DNA from: Takakia lepidozioides
Lineage: Eukaryota > Plantae > Bryophyta
NCBI GenBank assembly: GCA_030704615.1
Contig: CM060734.1
Span: forward strand, 21,514,001 to 21,578,000
Direction of reading: 5' to 3'
DNA length: 64,000 bases
Below are positions 1 to 12,470 of the stretch, in pieces; within the stretch, counting starts at the first letter, position 1, and every line of letters starts with the position of its first letter. The translations under genes and the position numbers were made by a program. Below the pieces are notes generated by a model that worked only from the letters and a program-made list of their open reading frames with translations, made no database searches and was not told where the DNA came from.

Positions 1-2566
1 GCCTTCTTCATGGGCTGTTCTAATGGCAGGCACTCTCTTCACTGGCATAAGGGGCCACCACAGTCATTCTTGAATGACAATCATATGGCGAACTTTGCAA
101 CCAGCCTACTTAGGGCTTTTGTCCTAATATGCCATGCCCGCAAAGAACATGCTTTAGGGTGTACAATTTGTGTTCTCATTTTCTAAAATACACATCCAAT
201 TAGCCCAACCAATCTATTTCAACTTCATTTTTTTTTATGTGTGTACTCGGAGATTCATGGAGATTCATGCAGAGCTTTACCTCACCTTCTGGGCAGAGGT
301 CCACTACAATTCAATTTACCCAATAGGAGGTAATTTTCTCTTTGGGCTTCCTCTCTCAGTAGTACTGGATTCATCGAGATCTACTAGTGCACTGGACTGG
401 ATTGTATAGAGATGGGTGAATTCTCCAGCCATTGCTGAGTGACTGAATCAAAGAAAATGCATTGGAACAGCAGTCTGCTGTGGAACAGTTGTTTAGATCT
501 ATTTTATGGGTTACAAGTTTAAGCTCATGCAAGTTCCATCCTACTAAAAGTGTTCTCAGGCTCAAAGGTAGGCCAGTCCAACTCCCACCTCCTTCCTTCT
601 AAAGACAATGGCTATGTGAATGTTGACAACTACTCAAGTCAGGAGCCCACACGGGCAGGCCCTCCATCTAGGGAATGAGGTTTGTAGTTCTCTCTTTGTC
701 TGTCTTTAGCAAATTATTGAGCCTAACACACACTTGCTCTTTCACCCAGAATTACCAGGATATTTGGAGGATGACTATGCCTGGGGCGCTCCTGACACGA
801 ATCTCTAGTGAATGCTCCTTCCTTGTTTCTGCAAAGACGGAAGCTGATTACTTGCACCCTGCTGGCCAGAATTTCAGGAGGGAGTTATTTTGTGCAGATC
901 CTTTGTTTTTGTGCTGTGTCAATGCTGCTGACAACACATAGTTCCATGCATTTTGGAAATCGAACGAAGAGCAGATTCAGTCTAAAGGGAAGTTGAAATG
1001 AATGCATGTCATACACATGTAAACTTAATGTCTGTCTACCAACATGTATACTAGGTCTATCAAATGGCACACATACATGTGTTGGTGAGCATTTCTTTGA
1101 GTTGGGTTTGCAAACAGGGCAACCTGGTAGGGACTTGTCTACGTAGTGTACAGCAAGTGTCTGTCAGTGTTGTGAGTTCCTTTGGAAATCGTTCCAGGTC
1201 TAGTGTTGCACAGCAGTTTTGTGGAAACTTTGTAGTGAGCCCTCTGCAAGTCGCATGAAGGAAGTGTGCTTTGGAGTAGTCTAGTAGAACTCACATGAGG
1301 ATTTTATGGTTGCGTGTTTTGGCAGCACTCAAATGGCCCCAGATGCGGTAGATCTTAATAGCAGATATAGTGTAAATTTCTGTTACTATCATCTTGTGGC
1401 CATTGACCCATGGGGCAGAAATAGAGTCAAGAACAGAGGAGATAGAGAGAGAATGTGGGCAGGTGGATGAGTGCACTAGCAGATAAGGGCCTTTTGGTCT
1501 TGCTCAGTGTTCTAAATGGAGTTGTTTTTCTGGTAGACAATCAGATCGTAGCCTTTCTAATGCTTAAGAATCTGGCTTATAGGAGGTCTAATTTCTTGTG
1601 GATTGTCTCCAGTAGGACAAGGTCTTCCTAGTTAGAAAAGGTTCAACTGGTCATGTTGTAAAATGAGGTCATCTACAAACAGCTGTTTCCAGCGGAAGAA
1701 GAACCAAGTCACCACCGCAAACAGTCCAATGGCTCGCAACTTGATGATCACATCATGCTCCATAAGTTGTTCCATGTGGAAGAAAGTTGCCAGTGACCGT
1801 ACAGTGTTCCCTCCACAGTACCCAGGTCTGCATCTGCAAATGATTAATGTGTTGATTTTATGTGCTACAGATGGGATGATCTGTGTATACAAGCAACTTG
1901 GATAGCTATTAGTTACAGGTCAGGCATGCATCACTTCAAGCTCCAATATCTGTGGCTTGACTGTGCTACTAGAACGAACACTTGGGTGTCTCGAAATACA
2001 CTGCACATGAAACTGTGATTTTTTGGTACCAAACTTATATTTTTTCCATGTACAAGTATGAACATAGTGTCGGCGCGGTTGTTATTGTTCTGAGCTGGTC
2101 TGCCTCCTGAAAAAGCAGATTACCCATGCCCCGGTGTCATTTCGTGAAAAAACAGATTACTGATGTTTAGAAATGAAGGATGTGGAGGGCGTCTACTTGA
2201 ATGCCTACACCGAGTCCCAGCTTCCGGATTCCAGCGATCACTCTATGTTCCCAGTTCCCAATCAAAAATCATGGATGAAGTAGGGATGAAATATTTGGGA
2301 ATTTTCATCTTCAAGTTATCCCGTTACCTGTGGGCCCTTGCGGGGACCCACCTCCTCCAGCTGGCGCCCAGCCTCTAGTCTCCCGCACACTTTAAAAAAT
2401 TCCCGATAGTAAACTGTCGCCGGTCTGTGCGGCCAGGCCCTTACTAGCGCTCTCTCTCTCTTGAGCAGGTAGCGGTTGTTTGTGCCTTGCCTGTGCATAA
2501 CCCAGTGATCCTGGGTTCAATCCTTCAACATGTGCCATCAGACCGTCCATTGGGCCCTCGACGGCC

Positions 2567-2790
2567 TATGTGTTGAGCAGTAGGCTCTGTAAATTCACTG
2601 GATGTTAAAGAAACTTTATCTTTATCTTTATCTCTCTCAGTAGGCTCTGCAAATTCATTGGATGTTAAAGAAACTTTATCTTTATCTCTCAGCTGTAGGC
2701 TCTGTAAATTCGCTGGAGGTTAAATAAACTTTATCTTATCTCTGGGCTGTGTGTTGAGCAGTAGACTCTGTAAATTCACTAGACATTAAA
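2567..2790. repeat. Tandem repeat, 4 copies of a ~55-66 bp unit
   Basis: GTAGGCTCTG(T/C)AAATTC..TGGATGTTAAAGAAACTTTATC-type unit starts at 2580, 2640, 2695 and 2761. Confidence 0.9.
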
Positions 2791-2795
2791 CAAAA

Positions 2796-3134
2796 TTTTT
2801 TTCTTTTTTTTTTAATAAAAAGGGAAACACCTGGGAGCGACAGCTCACAAATCAGGCCCCTAATAGTGACAGGACGATCGAGGAAATGGAATACTGTCCG
2901 TGGGCTGGTTGAAGAGAACATGATGGTGGCAGCAGAGTTCTAGAAGTTTGACTGGAATCTCTGTGAGTATCCTTGGGAGTGATGCCTGGATAAATAACCT
3001 CTTTCAAAGTAACCCGCCATGAGGCATAGGAATGGGGCACCACCCAAGAACCATACCACACCCGTCAGTAGCAAGATTTGACCCCAGAATCGTCTGGGTG
3101 GCTCTCAATGCACTTAACCAACTGAGCTACTGAC
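2796..3134 (-). mobile_element. tRNA-derived SINE; tail of a second copy at ~3143-3201
   Basis: Minus-strand head GTCAGTAGCTCAGTTGGTTAAG...GGGTCAAATCTTGCTACTGAC has an A box, a B-like box and a 9-bp closing stem. A-rich tail at ~2796-2813. The GGAA(A)CACCTGGGAGCG plus T-run tail recurs at 3143-3201. Confidence 0.65.
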
Positions 3135-3520
3135 TGTTGGTACTTTACTTTACTTCTTTTCTTTTTTTTTCTTTTTTTTGAGAATGGAACACCTGGGAGC
3201 GTGTAATGGCCAGATTCCTTCTACCTACCTTTTCGACATTTGGATGAACAGACATTGGATGATGACCGTTGAAAAATGGCTTGGATGAAACCAGCTGGAA
3301 ACAATCTATTTTTAAACTAAGTATTGTCTTATGTTAACAGCTAGTTTATCTCTAAAATAGAATGAGGTTATCTGGACAGACACCCGGATGGCATCCAAGT
3401 GACCAATCAGGGCTTGCCACTTGGTTAGTGTGGGCCTTCGTTTATAAAAGAGATCAACACGACGCTTAAGGCAGCGGTGTACGTTTGATGTGGAAACCCT
3501 ACTGTACTTGTGTGTGAGTT

Positions 3521-4234
3521 TTGGATGAAGAAGGTGTGAGTGAGGATGTGCTGTTAAACCGTGTGAGTGATTCTGACTCCTCTCCGTTGGATCCTGCCTA
3601 TCTCGCTAGCTTGCTTTACCGAGCACACATCCCCGTGATAGCTCAATACCCGATAGCACGCAAGCTTCCATTACCTGAGGCCAAAGACAAGCTCTTGAAG
3701 GGTTGGCGGCTCTCGTGGGCTGAACTTAGTATTCCGCAATTCACAGTAGCTGGGGAGGTTGCTGTCGAGTGCGAGAACTTCCTTCCGCCCAACTTACCCA
3801 GTGCGCATCGTCTGTGGGAGCTGGTGAAAGGTGGCAGTTCACTTGTCTTGGCCAACCTGCGGCCTACCTGGAAACCTGACTACAATGTGGACATACCTTG
3901 GGATGACCATGTTGCAAGCATTCCCGTCTCTCGTTTTCCTCATACTGTGCATGATATTTTGATTTTCCCTGCTACTGTGTTTAGACAGGAAAGACTAGGT
4001 TACTACTTGCCTGGATTTCCTATTACTGATTATCCAGTGCATACACTGCTTGCCAAGGAAAAGCGTATCCGCTCCATTGTTCGAGTGGCTTTCTGGCTCA
4101 AAGTGGACGAAGAACTGTGGCATTTTCTGGGTGAAGGTGTTTACATGCTTCACAAACACAGATTCATAAGTGGCTATTGCATCAAGGACTGGGAGTCCAA
4201 ATTGCGTCCTGCACGATCCTCCAGCAGAAGGTAA
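3521..4234 (+). CDS. Unknown 237-codon ORF upstream of gag
   Basis: Stop-free frame downstream of TATA-like TTTATAAAAG (3441). Begins at TTG; no recognisable domain. Confidence 0.45.
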   Translation: MDEEGVSEDVLLNRVSDSDSSPLDPAYLASLLYRAHIPVIAQYPIARKLPLPEAKDKLLKGWRLSWAELSIPQFTVAGEVAVECENFLPPNLPSAHRLWELVKGGSSLVLANLRPTWKPDYNVDIPWDDHVASIPVSRFPHTVHDILIFPATVFRQERLGYYLPGFPITDYPVHTLLAKEKRIRSIVRVAFWLKVDEELWHFLGEGVYMLHKHRFISGYCIKDWESKLRPARSSSRR

Positions 4235-5383
4235 CCACTTTGTTTTTTAACACGACAGACTACAATGCCTGTCACTACTCGGTCTGGCAAGGAGCCCTGG
4301 AATGTGCTAGATGAGTTGCATGATGTGGATCTTACTGATGATGTGAAAGTTGATGGTCACACTCTTCCTGATCCTATGTCTGAAACCTCGTCTCCTGAGG
4401 AGCCACTGCCAGGTAATGATACCAGTCCGACCCAAGGGGTCCCTCCAGCCTCTGGTAATGTGCCTAACCTAAATATTCAGGGCATTTGTGATGTTATGGC
4501 TATATTGTCTAGTTGTCCAGCTCTTATGCAGCTCTTTTTGGATAAACAAGTAGGTTCGCCCTCAGTTACCAAGCTCAAGGAGGTCCATCGTGCTCACAAA
4601 CGGCCTTATCCTGACTATGAGGTAGGCCAAGACTTTGACAACTTCCTCAATTTTTTTGAGATGAGTGTTAAATTCAATGAGCTGCCAGCTTCTATGATTA
4701 CTGATTCCTTTCGTTTTTGTCTCAAAGATGAGGCTCGTGACCTCTTTGAAGCTAGTATCAAGGATCAGGGTGAGTTGCGATGGGGAGTGGCCAAGCAGTT
4801 GGCACTTCAGTTGTTTCGTGCAGACATGCCCATCAATTACACCATGCCTGATCGTCCTTATCAACCTGGTGAGAGTATCTGGAAATACTACACTGACTTG
4901 AAAACCACGGTGGTCAAGGCCATTCCGGTACCTTCTGAATGCACTGCCATCCTTAAAACCTACTTCATTACCGGATTGCCTGCCTCTGATCAAGTCTACC
5001 TACAAAAACATCCTTATCGCAATGAGAGGCATATGGTAGAGATGATGGATGAGTGCATGCGGTTTAAGAATGCTAAACTAGGCAAAGGTTGTCTGCCTGT
5101 TGTTCATTCTGCTCATCAACATACTTCCGAATGTTCTCATGGGGTTGCCATGGTTAAGGGTGGCTCTACAGAGGCCTCTCCTACATTGCTGGAGGAAGTT
5201 AAAAACTTACAACAAGAGCTGCATACTCAGCTTCAGGCGGTAAGGGCAGAAGGATCATGGAGGGCCGCACCTGCCAAGCCTCCTCTTGCTGACTCTCATC
5301 GTGGCCACACTCAGACTGGCCCACAGTATGAGGTTCAAGGTAAACGTGTGGCTTGTTTCATTTGTGGGTCACTTGAGCACTGG

Positions 5384-6108
5384 TGTCGCGGCCCTTTGCC
5401 TTGAGGGCAGGGGGTCGGGACACAAGAGGGGCTGCCCCTGTGGTGGGGGCAGTGGCAGCGATACGTATGGGGGGCTGAAGCACCCTTGAGTGCCCAAAGC
5501 ACTCAAGGAGGCGGAGGCGCTCACTAGGTGGAGCCCCGCACACCGGGTTGCGGTGGGGGTGGCTCCACAAGGGGTGGTGGTAGCTTAGCGGGACTTAGTG
5601 GGGGTGGCATAGGACTCACCTTGGGGCGGAGACCTCGTGGTGGGAGTCGTGGGGAGTCTTGGGACTCATCACGGTCCATAGGGGCCGTGGTGAGTGGGCC
5701 AAGACTCACCGCGACTCATCACCGGGAGTCAAGGGTGTTCGTGGTGGTTCGCCATAAAATGGCATGGTTGTTTGTGAAACCCCCACGGACAGCTACAGAA
5801 GTATATATAGAGAGTAGTAACCCCGAGAACGGTGCAAGCTCGTTGGTGACCAAAAGCTAGTGAGTAAGCGAGCGAGCCGGAAAGCGACCAAAGAGTGGGG
5901 AGCTGTTCCGGACTGCCAACTACCAAAGGGAATTCCGCTGGTTCTAAATTGTTGGAGGGTTCTTTGGGAGATCAAGGGGGGACCGTTATGTCCCGGTGAG
6001 CAGCCGAAGCTCCAAGTTGGCCCGGCGGCCAGGTTGGGAGTTAGGCGCACGCATCAAGCGAGTAACTATGACTTGAGGGGGGAGCTTACCGATGTGAGGT
6101 GTGCGACA
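5384..6108 (+). repeat. 5' LTR (725 bp)
   Basis: About 9 substitutions versus the 3' LTR by eye (~98.8% identical); TATATATA at ~5802. Confidence 0.97.
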
Positions 6109-6110
6109 CT

Positions 6111-6122
6111 TGGTATCAGAGC
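6111..6122 (+). promoter_or_regulatory. Primer binding site for initiator Met tRNA
   Basis: TGGTATCAGAGC, 2 nt after the LTR end. Confidence 0.95.
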
Positions 6123-6163
6123 TTAGAGTTCAGTACGCGATCGTCCTTGGGATTGGCCTCATC

Positions 6164-9100
6164 ATGGGGTCGGGCAAGCCAAAGCAAAAGCGGAACGGCC
6201 CAAAAGATGATGATCCTGGTGAGCCCGATGGGGGCGACGTGTCACAGAGGCGGCCGTTTGAGGAAGCGATACATGTTTCCGAAAACGAGGCCGCTCAAGA
6301 GCGGGAGGAATCTGAGGAGTCGGAGCCTAAGGAATCCTTGAGAGCTCCGACCGACCAACAGATGCCTCCCATGCCGACAGCCTTTTGGGAAGGGTTGTTG
6401 GCGCAATTTGGCGGGACGTTGAAAGACGTGTTGAAGGCGGCTAATACCACTTCCACTAAGGCAAAGTTTAAGGTGAAGCCGAAGGAACCCGGCACCTTCG
6501 AGGGCGTCCGAAATTGGAAGGCACTGAACATTTGGCTCTTGTAGCTGGAGCAGTACTTCCGGGCGGCCAAGTTGAGTGACGAGGATCGGGTGGAAGTGGC
6601 TCCCACCTATTTGAGGGACTATGCTCAACAACGGTGGCAGAAACGCCTTCACGACCGAGGTCCAAGCCCGGAAACCTTGAACTGGAGTGGGTTCAAGGAA
6701 TTGATGAAGATGCAGTTTGTGCCCCTCAACGCGTCTTGGCTCGTCCGGGACAAGATGAGGAATTTGAAGCAAACAGATGACATTCGGGGATATGTCCAGG
6801 CTTTCAATGTGTTGTTGCTCGAAGTCGCGGACATAGCAGAACCAGAAATGGTCTTCAACTTTGTGGCGGGACTGGCCCCATGGGCCAAGCGGAAGTTGGA
6901 GGAGAAGCCACCTAAGACTTTGAACGAGGCAATTGAGAGGGCTGAATGTTTCTCAGATGTCCCTAAGGGTGAAAGACAAGGCCGTATGGAGCTGAACCAC
7001 AAGAAGACCCGGTGGGAAGGTGACTCCTTCCGACCGGAAAAGAAGTGGGATAGGCCACTCTGTGACAATGGCACGTGGAAATCGAAGGGAGGGCCTTCAC
7101 AAGTCAAGGCGGCACTCGGTGCTTCGAAAGGAAAAGTGGGTGGAGCGGCTTATGGCGGACATAAGGCGACCTTTGATGGAGTGTGTTTCAATTGCGGGGA
7201 GCCCGGGCACATGGCCAAGAAGTGCACGAAGCCCCGACAATTGAACATGACTCGGGCGACCACAGAGCTGTCGGAAGATACCATCAGTCGCTTGGTGGAA
7301 GTGGTGGCCGCCAGGACTTGCAAGGTAGACAAATTTTCTTGTGAGTTGTATCAGGAAACTGGCGCCTTACGTAAAGGGAGTCAGTTATTGTTCGTGGATG
7401 GGATAATATCCGGAACTAACGTGTCGTTGTTGGTGGACACAGGAGCGTCGCACTCCTTCATGACACCGACAACAACACAAAAGCTGGGACTCCCGACAAG
7501 TGACGTGGGGGCCTCTATTGAGGTGGGTTATGCCAAAGGAGAACCGCAATTGGCGACAAGGTTGGCGTTTGATGTTCCTCTTCAACTGGGGAGTTGGGAG
7601 GGACGTGAGAACTTCACCATCTGCGAGATCGATGGAGTGGATCTCATTTTGGGGATGGCCTTTTTGAGCAAATCCGGAGCGGTCATAGATGGCCGCAAGA
7701 TAGTAGTCACGCTGCCATGTGGGAATGGTGGCGAGGTCTTACGAGTGTCGGAAACGCCCAAACCCGTGGGAGGGCGAATAAACCTCCTGTCAGCAAGGGA
7801 GTGGGCCGTGGAGGAGCCACACGAGCCCCAGTTTTTGCTCTATATTAGAGAAGTGAAGGGAGAAGGCGATGGGGAGCCGAGCCCAGATTGGATCAAGGGG
7901 ATTTTGGAAAAATACTAGGATGTGATGCCGGAGGATTTACCAAGCGGCTTGCCACCACGAAGAAAAGTTGACCACAAGATTGAGGTGATACCGGGATCGG
8001 AACCGCCTGCCAAGGCGCCCTACCGGTTGAGCCACAGAGAGTTGGTCGAGCTGAAGACTCAGCTCAAAGATCTAATGTCAAAGGGGTACATCCGGCCGAG
8101 TAAGTCACCTTACGGAGCCCCGGTGCTATTCGAAGACAAGAAGGATGGGACGCTGCGGATGTGTGTCGATTACAGGGCTTTGAATAAGCTGACTATAAAA
8201 AACCGGTACCCTTTGCCAAGGATCGACGACCTTTTCGATCGGTTGGCAGGAGCGAAGTATTTCAGCCGGATCGATCTACGCTCCGGCTATCATCAAATTC
8301 GAGTGGCGGAAGGAGATGAGGATAAGACCGCGTGCAGGACAAGGTATGGTTCATATGAGTTCTTGGTGATGCCTTTTGGACTCACCAACGCTCCCACGAC
8401 CTTTAGCACGCTGATGAACAGCCTTTTCTAGGAGTGGTTGGATGACTTTGTGATCGTGTACATCGACGACATCTTGGTGTATTCGAAAACAAAGGAGGAG
8501 CACCTGGAGCACCTCAAAAGGGTGTTCCAGAAATTGCGGGAAGGGAAGCTCTATGCCAAAGCTTCAAAGTGCGAATTCGGGGTCACAAAAGTGGAGTTCC
8601 TGGGGCATGTGATTACACAGGATGGGATCAGAATGGATGACAGGAAGGTGAGGGCAATCTTGGACTGGGAGCCTCCGACTTCGGTCCCGGGAGTGCGATC
8701 CTTCCTAGGACTCGTCTCCTACTACCGGAAGTATGTGAGAAATTTCGCCAAGATCGCGGGGCCGCTGTCAGACCTTCTGTGTAAATCCAAAGTCTAGGCA
8801 TGGAACACCTTTTGTGGCCAAGCTTTTGCTGAATTGAAGCAGCGGATGGCGGAAGCTCCAGTCTTGAAAATCCCGGAGTTCGATCGTCCGTTCGAGATTC
8901 ATACAGATGCGTCGGACTTCGCGATTGGGGGTGTACTGATGCAAGATAGACGCCCAATGGCTTACGAAAGTAAGAAATTGAATGAAGTGGAGCGACGGTG
9001 GCCGACGCACGAGAAAGAGATGAAGGCGGTGGTGCACTGTCTTGAGCTTTGGCGCCACTATGTTGGTTCCAACCCAGTGAAGGTGTTCACGGACAATGTC

Positions 9101-10716
9101 ACGGTGAAGTATTTTGCCACGCAGCCCAAGTTGTCCCCAAAACAACTTAGGTGGCAAGATACTTTGGCGGTGTTCGACGTGGATATCCAGTACAAACCAG
9201 GACGGGACAACGTGGTGGCCGATGCCTTAAGTAGAAAGCAGCAGCTTTTGTTGGTGTACAGGGGCGAGACGGCGCTCCAAAGGAAAATCCGGAAGGCTTG
9301 CCGGAAGCATGAGCTGGCGAAGTCCGTGATGCGGGACTTGAGGATGGGGGTTAAATCGCAGTTCCACTTGCAAAATGGACTGCTCCGGTATGAGCAAAAG
9401 CGTCTCTACGTGCCAAAGGGAGGGATCAGAGATAGCCTCTTGAGAGAATGCCATGATAGCCCGCTTGCGGGCCACGGCGGAGCCAAGCGCACTGCGGCAC
9501 TCTTGAAGAAAGAGTATTTCTTCAAGAGGAGGCAGAGGAGTATGTCAAGACATGCACCACATGCCAACAAAACCGGAGCAAGTACAAAAAGCAAGCGGGG
9601 CTATTACAACCCTTGCCGATTCCAGAGGGGACTTGGGCAAGCGTCTCGATGGATTTCATGACTGCTATGCCGCTGTCAAAAGGATTCGATACAATCATGG
9701 TGGTGGTGGATAGGTTCAGTAAAATGGGCCATTTCATCCCCACCAAGGAGACGGCAACGGCGCAGGAAATATGACGACTTTACTTCGCCCACGTCTTAAA
9801 GCATCATGGAGTGCCGAAGGATATTGTCTCGGACCGCGATCCAAAGTTTACGAGTAAATTTTGGAGGGCACTTTGGAAGAAGATGGGGACGAGGCTGAAG
9901 ATGAGCACCGCCTTCTGACCTACGACCGACGGCCAAACGGAAAGAGTGAATTGCGTAGTGAAGCAGATCTTGCGGAATTACGTGTCGGCAGACCAAACAG
10001 ACTGGGTGGAACACTTAGACGCGGCAGAGTTCTGTTATAATAACACAAAACACTCCGCAACGGGAGTTTCCCATTTCGTATTGGTCTATGGAAAAGCACC
10101 TCTAGTGCCGACAAGTTGGGCCGCCCAGGACGTTGAGGAACCAGCAGTAGCGGCGGTACTGGAAGAACGCAAGCGTTTGTTGAAGCTCGCAAAGTACAAC
10201 ATTGCCAAAGCTAGGAAACAGTATGAGAGGCAGACGAATCGGAAGCGGAGGGAAGTGAAGTTTGAGGCAGGCACGGAGGTCTGGTTGAACATCAAGAATT
10301 TCCGACTACCTCCAGAAGTGAGTCCAAAGTTCGTACCTCCGTATGCGGGACCCTTTCGCATCCGGAAGGTTATGAATGAGGATGTGTATGAATTGGAGCT
10401 GTCGGCAAATAGCAAGGTGCATCCTGTATTCCACGTCTCCCTTTTGAAGCCTTACTTCAAAGATGAAGCGCGTCCGAATCGGCATCAAGTGTTGCGTCCG
10501 CCACCTGTGCTGTTGGATCATGAAAATGAACCTGAGTATGAGGCGGAGGCATTACTTAAGTCGAGGAGGTTCAAGAACCGAGAAACGGAGTATCTCGTCA
10601 AATGGAAGGGCTATCATCATGTGGAGGCATCTTGGGTGCGTGCCTCAGAAATGGGAAACGCAACCGAGGCGGTTGCAGTTTTCGAAGGGCGACCTCAAAA
10701 ACGGAAGAAGCGTTGA
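6164..10716 (+). pseudogene. pol: Chromovirus gag-pol with C-terminal chromodomain; ~6 stops and one frameshift
   Basis: CFNCGEPGHMAKKC, LVDTGAS, YIDD, TDAS, SDRD..F, TDGQTER, GPF and chromodomain EYEAEALL..EYLVKWKGY..ASW. Confidence 0.95.
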
Positions 10717-11623
10717 TGGGGACATCAACCTTGGAGCGTGGGGGAGGAAATGCATGCTTAGCCCGGCTTAGCTAGCTTAGGAATCCGATTGCAAAAACTT
10801 GTATTGTACAAAAATTTGTTATAAAGGAAATGGGTTCCAAATGTTGTGCGTCCTATTTTGTTTGGAATGGTGATGCATGGTGTGGTTGGCTAGTGTGTAG
10901 AATGCATGCTAGCTTACAAAAGTGGGAGAGGTAAATTGGGTTAATCATGTGTTTGCGCAGTGCCAAAATCGGGTGACTTCCATCCAAAGGGGCAAGGAAA
11001 CTTGCGCCTTCCTTAGGAGTTCACGTGCTAGTGCGCACCTGGTGCGTGCGCATATTATAACTGCGCTACCGAGGGGGTTGCTTTGTAGTGCGGGCTAACG
11101 CGGAAGCTACGTGCTTCCGTTCACGTACTATAATCGTGTAGCCTTGGGATGAAGTCATAGTGCGGCTTCGGCATGTTCCCGTACCTCAGGCCAGCATTCT
11201 AAGGCGGACCCAATTGTAGTGATTGGGGCGCGTGGTTGGTTCAAGGTTATCTTCCTAGTCAAAGAGGGTTCGAGGTGAACCCTTGCTTAAGGTGATGCCA
11301 AAAGCGGCATCATGAGCGGTCGCAAGCAATGTTGTTGCAATAAGGCGATTCGATCCTCGGGGAGGATCGTTCCTTGGCCTTGAAGTAGGCCAAGAAGAGT
11401 GCACTGGGAGGAGCTTGAGAGGCTCCACCCTTGGCCGGGACTTGGAGGAAGTCGGCCAAACTAGCTAGTGGAGAGTAGAGTCAAGTGTGGGGTTTGGTTC
11501 TTTGCCATGGGACGCCATGGTACGGAAACAAACTCCTTGATGTGGGACGCCACAACTTGGATGTTCGTTTCCACAAAATGTACAAGCCGATGAGGACATC
11601 GACTCCTTGTTGGTAGTGGTGTG

Positions 11624-12348
11624 TGTCGCGGCCCTTTGCCTTGAGGGCAGGGGGTCGGGACACAAGAGGGGCTGCCCCTGTGGTGGGGGCAGTGGCAGCG
11701 ATACGTATGGGGGGCTGAAGCACCCTTGAGTGCCCAAAGCACTCAAGGAGGCGGAGGCGCTCACTAGGTGGAGCCCCGCACACCGGGTTGCGGTGGGGGT
11801 GGCTCCACAAGGGGTGGTGGTAGCTTAGCGGGACTTAGTGGGGGTGGCATAGGACTCACCCTGGGACGGAGACCTCGTGGTGGGAGTCGTGGGGAGTCTT
11901 GGGACTCATCACGGTCCATAGGGGCCGTGGTGAGTGGGCCAAGACTCAACGCGACTCATCACCGGGAGTCGAGGGTGTTCGTGGTGGTTCGCCATAAAAT
12001 GGCATGGTTGTTTGTGAAACCCCCGCGGACAGCTACAGAAGTATATATAGGGAGTAGTAACCCCGAGAACGGTGCAAGCCCGTTGGTGACCAAAAGCTAG
12101 TGAGTAAGCGAGCGAGCCGGAAAGCGACCAAAGAGTGGGGAGCTGTTCCGGACTGCCAACTACCAAAGGGAATTCCGCTGGTTCTAAATTGTTGGAGGGT
12201 TCTTTGGGAGATCAAGGGGGGACCGTTATGTCCCGGTGAGCAGCCGAAGCTCCAAGTTGGCCCGGCGGCCAGGTTGGGAGTTAGGCGCGCGCATCAAGCG
12301 AGTAACTATGACTTGAGGGGGGAGCTTACCGATGTGAGGTGCGCGACA
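11624..12348 (+). repeat. 3' LTR (725 bp)
   Basis: Direct repeat of 5384-6108. Confidence 0.97.
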
Positions 12349-12470
12349 CTGCGCGACAACTGGACCCGCTTCTGCACCTATGCTGCTCTTGTCCCTGGTA
12401 TGATTGAAGAACACAAACGCATTCAACGCAAACAGAGGGGCAAAGAGCCTTTAAACGAACCAGATCGCTT

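Larger units (their letters stand above)
5384..12358 (+). mobile_element. Full-length chromovirus (Ty3/Gypsy with chromodomain; Galadriel/Tcn1-like)
   Basis: LTRs 5384-6108 and 11624-12348 (TGTCGC...GCGACA), 5-bp TSD ACTGG (5379-83 and 12359-63), iMet PBS, gag-PR-RT-RH-IN-chromodomain. Confidence 0.97.

Noticed and set aside
1632-1892. Possible MscS-like membrane-protein exon (LFAVVTWFFFRWKQ)
   Set aside because: Weak resemblance only; no supporting exons found.
3064-3134. Functional tRNA gene
   Set aside because: No proper anticodon or T arm; it continues into a SINE-like body and tail.
5528-6126. ORFs within the chromovirus LTRs (also 11768-12474)
   Set aside because: Short frames in G-rich LTR sequence with no domain signal.
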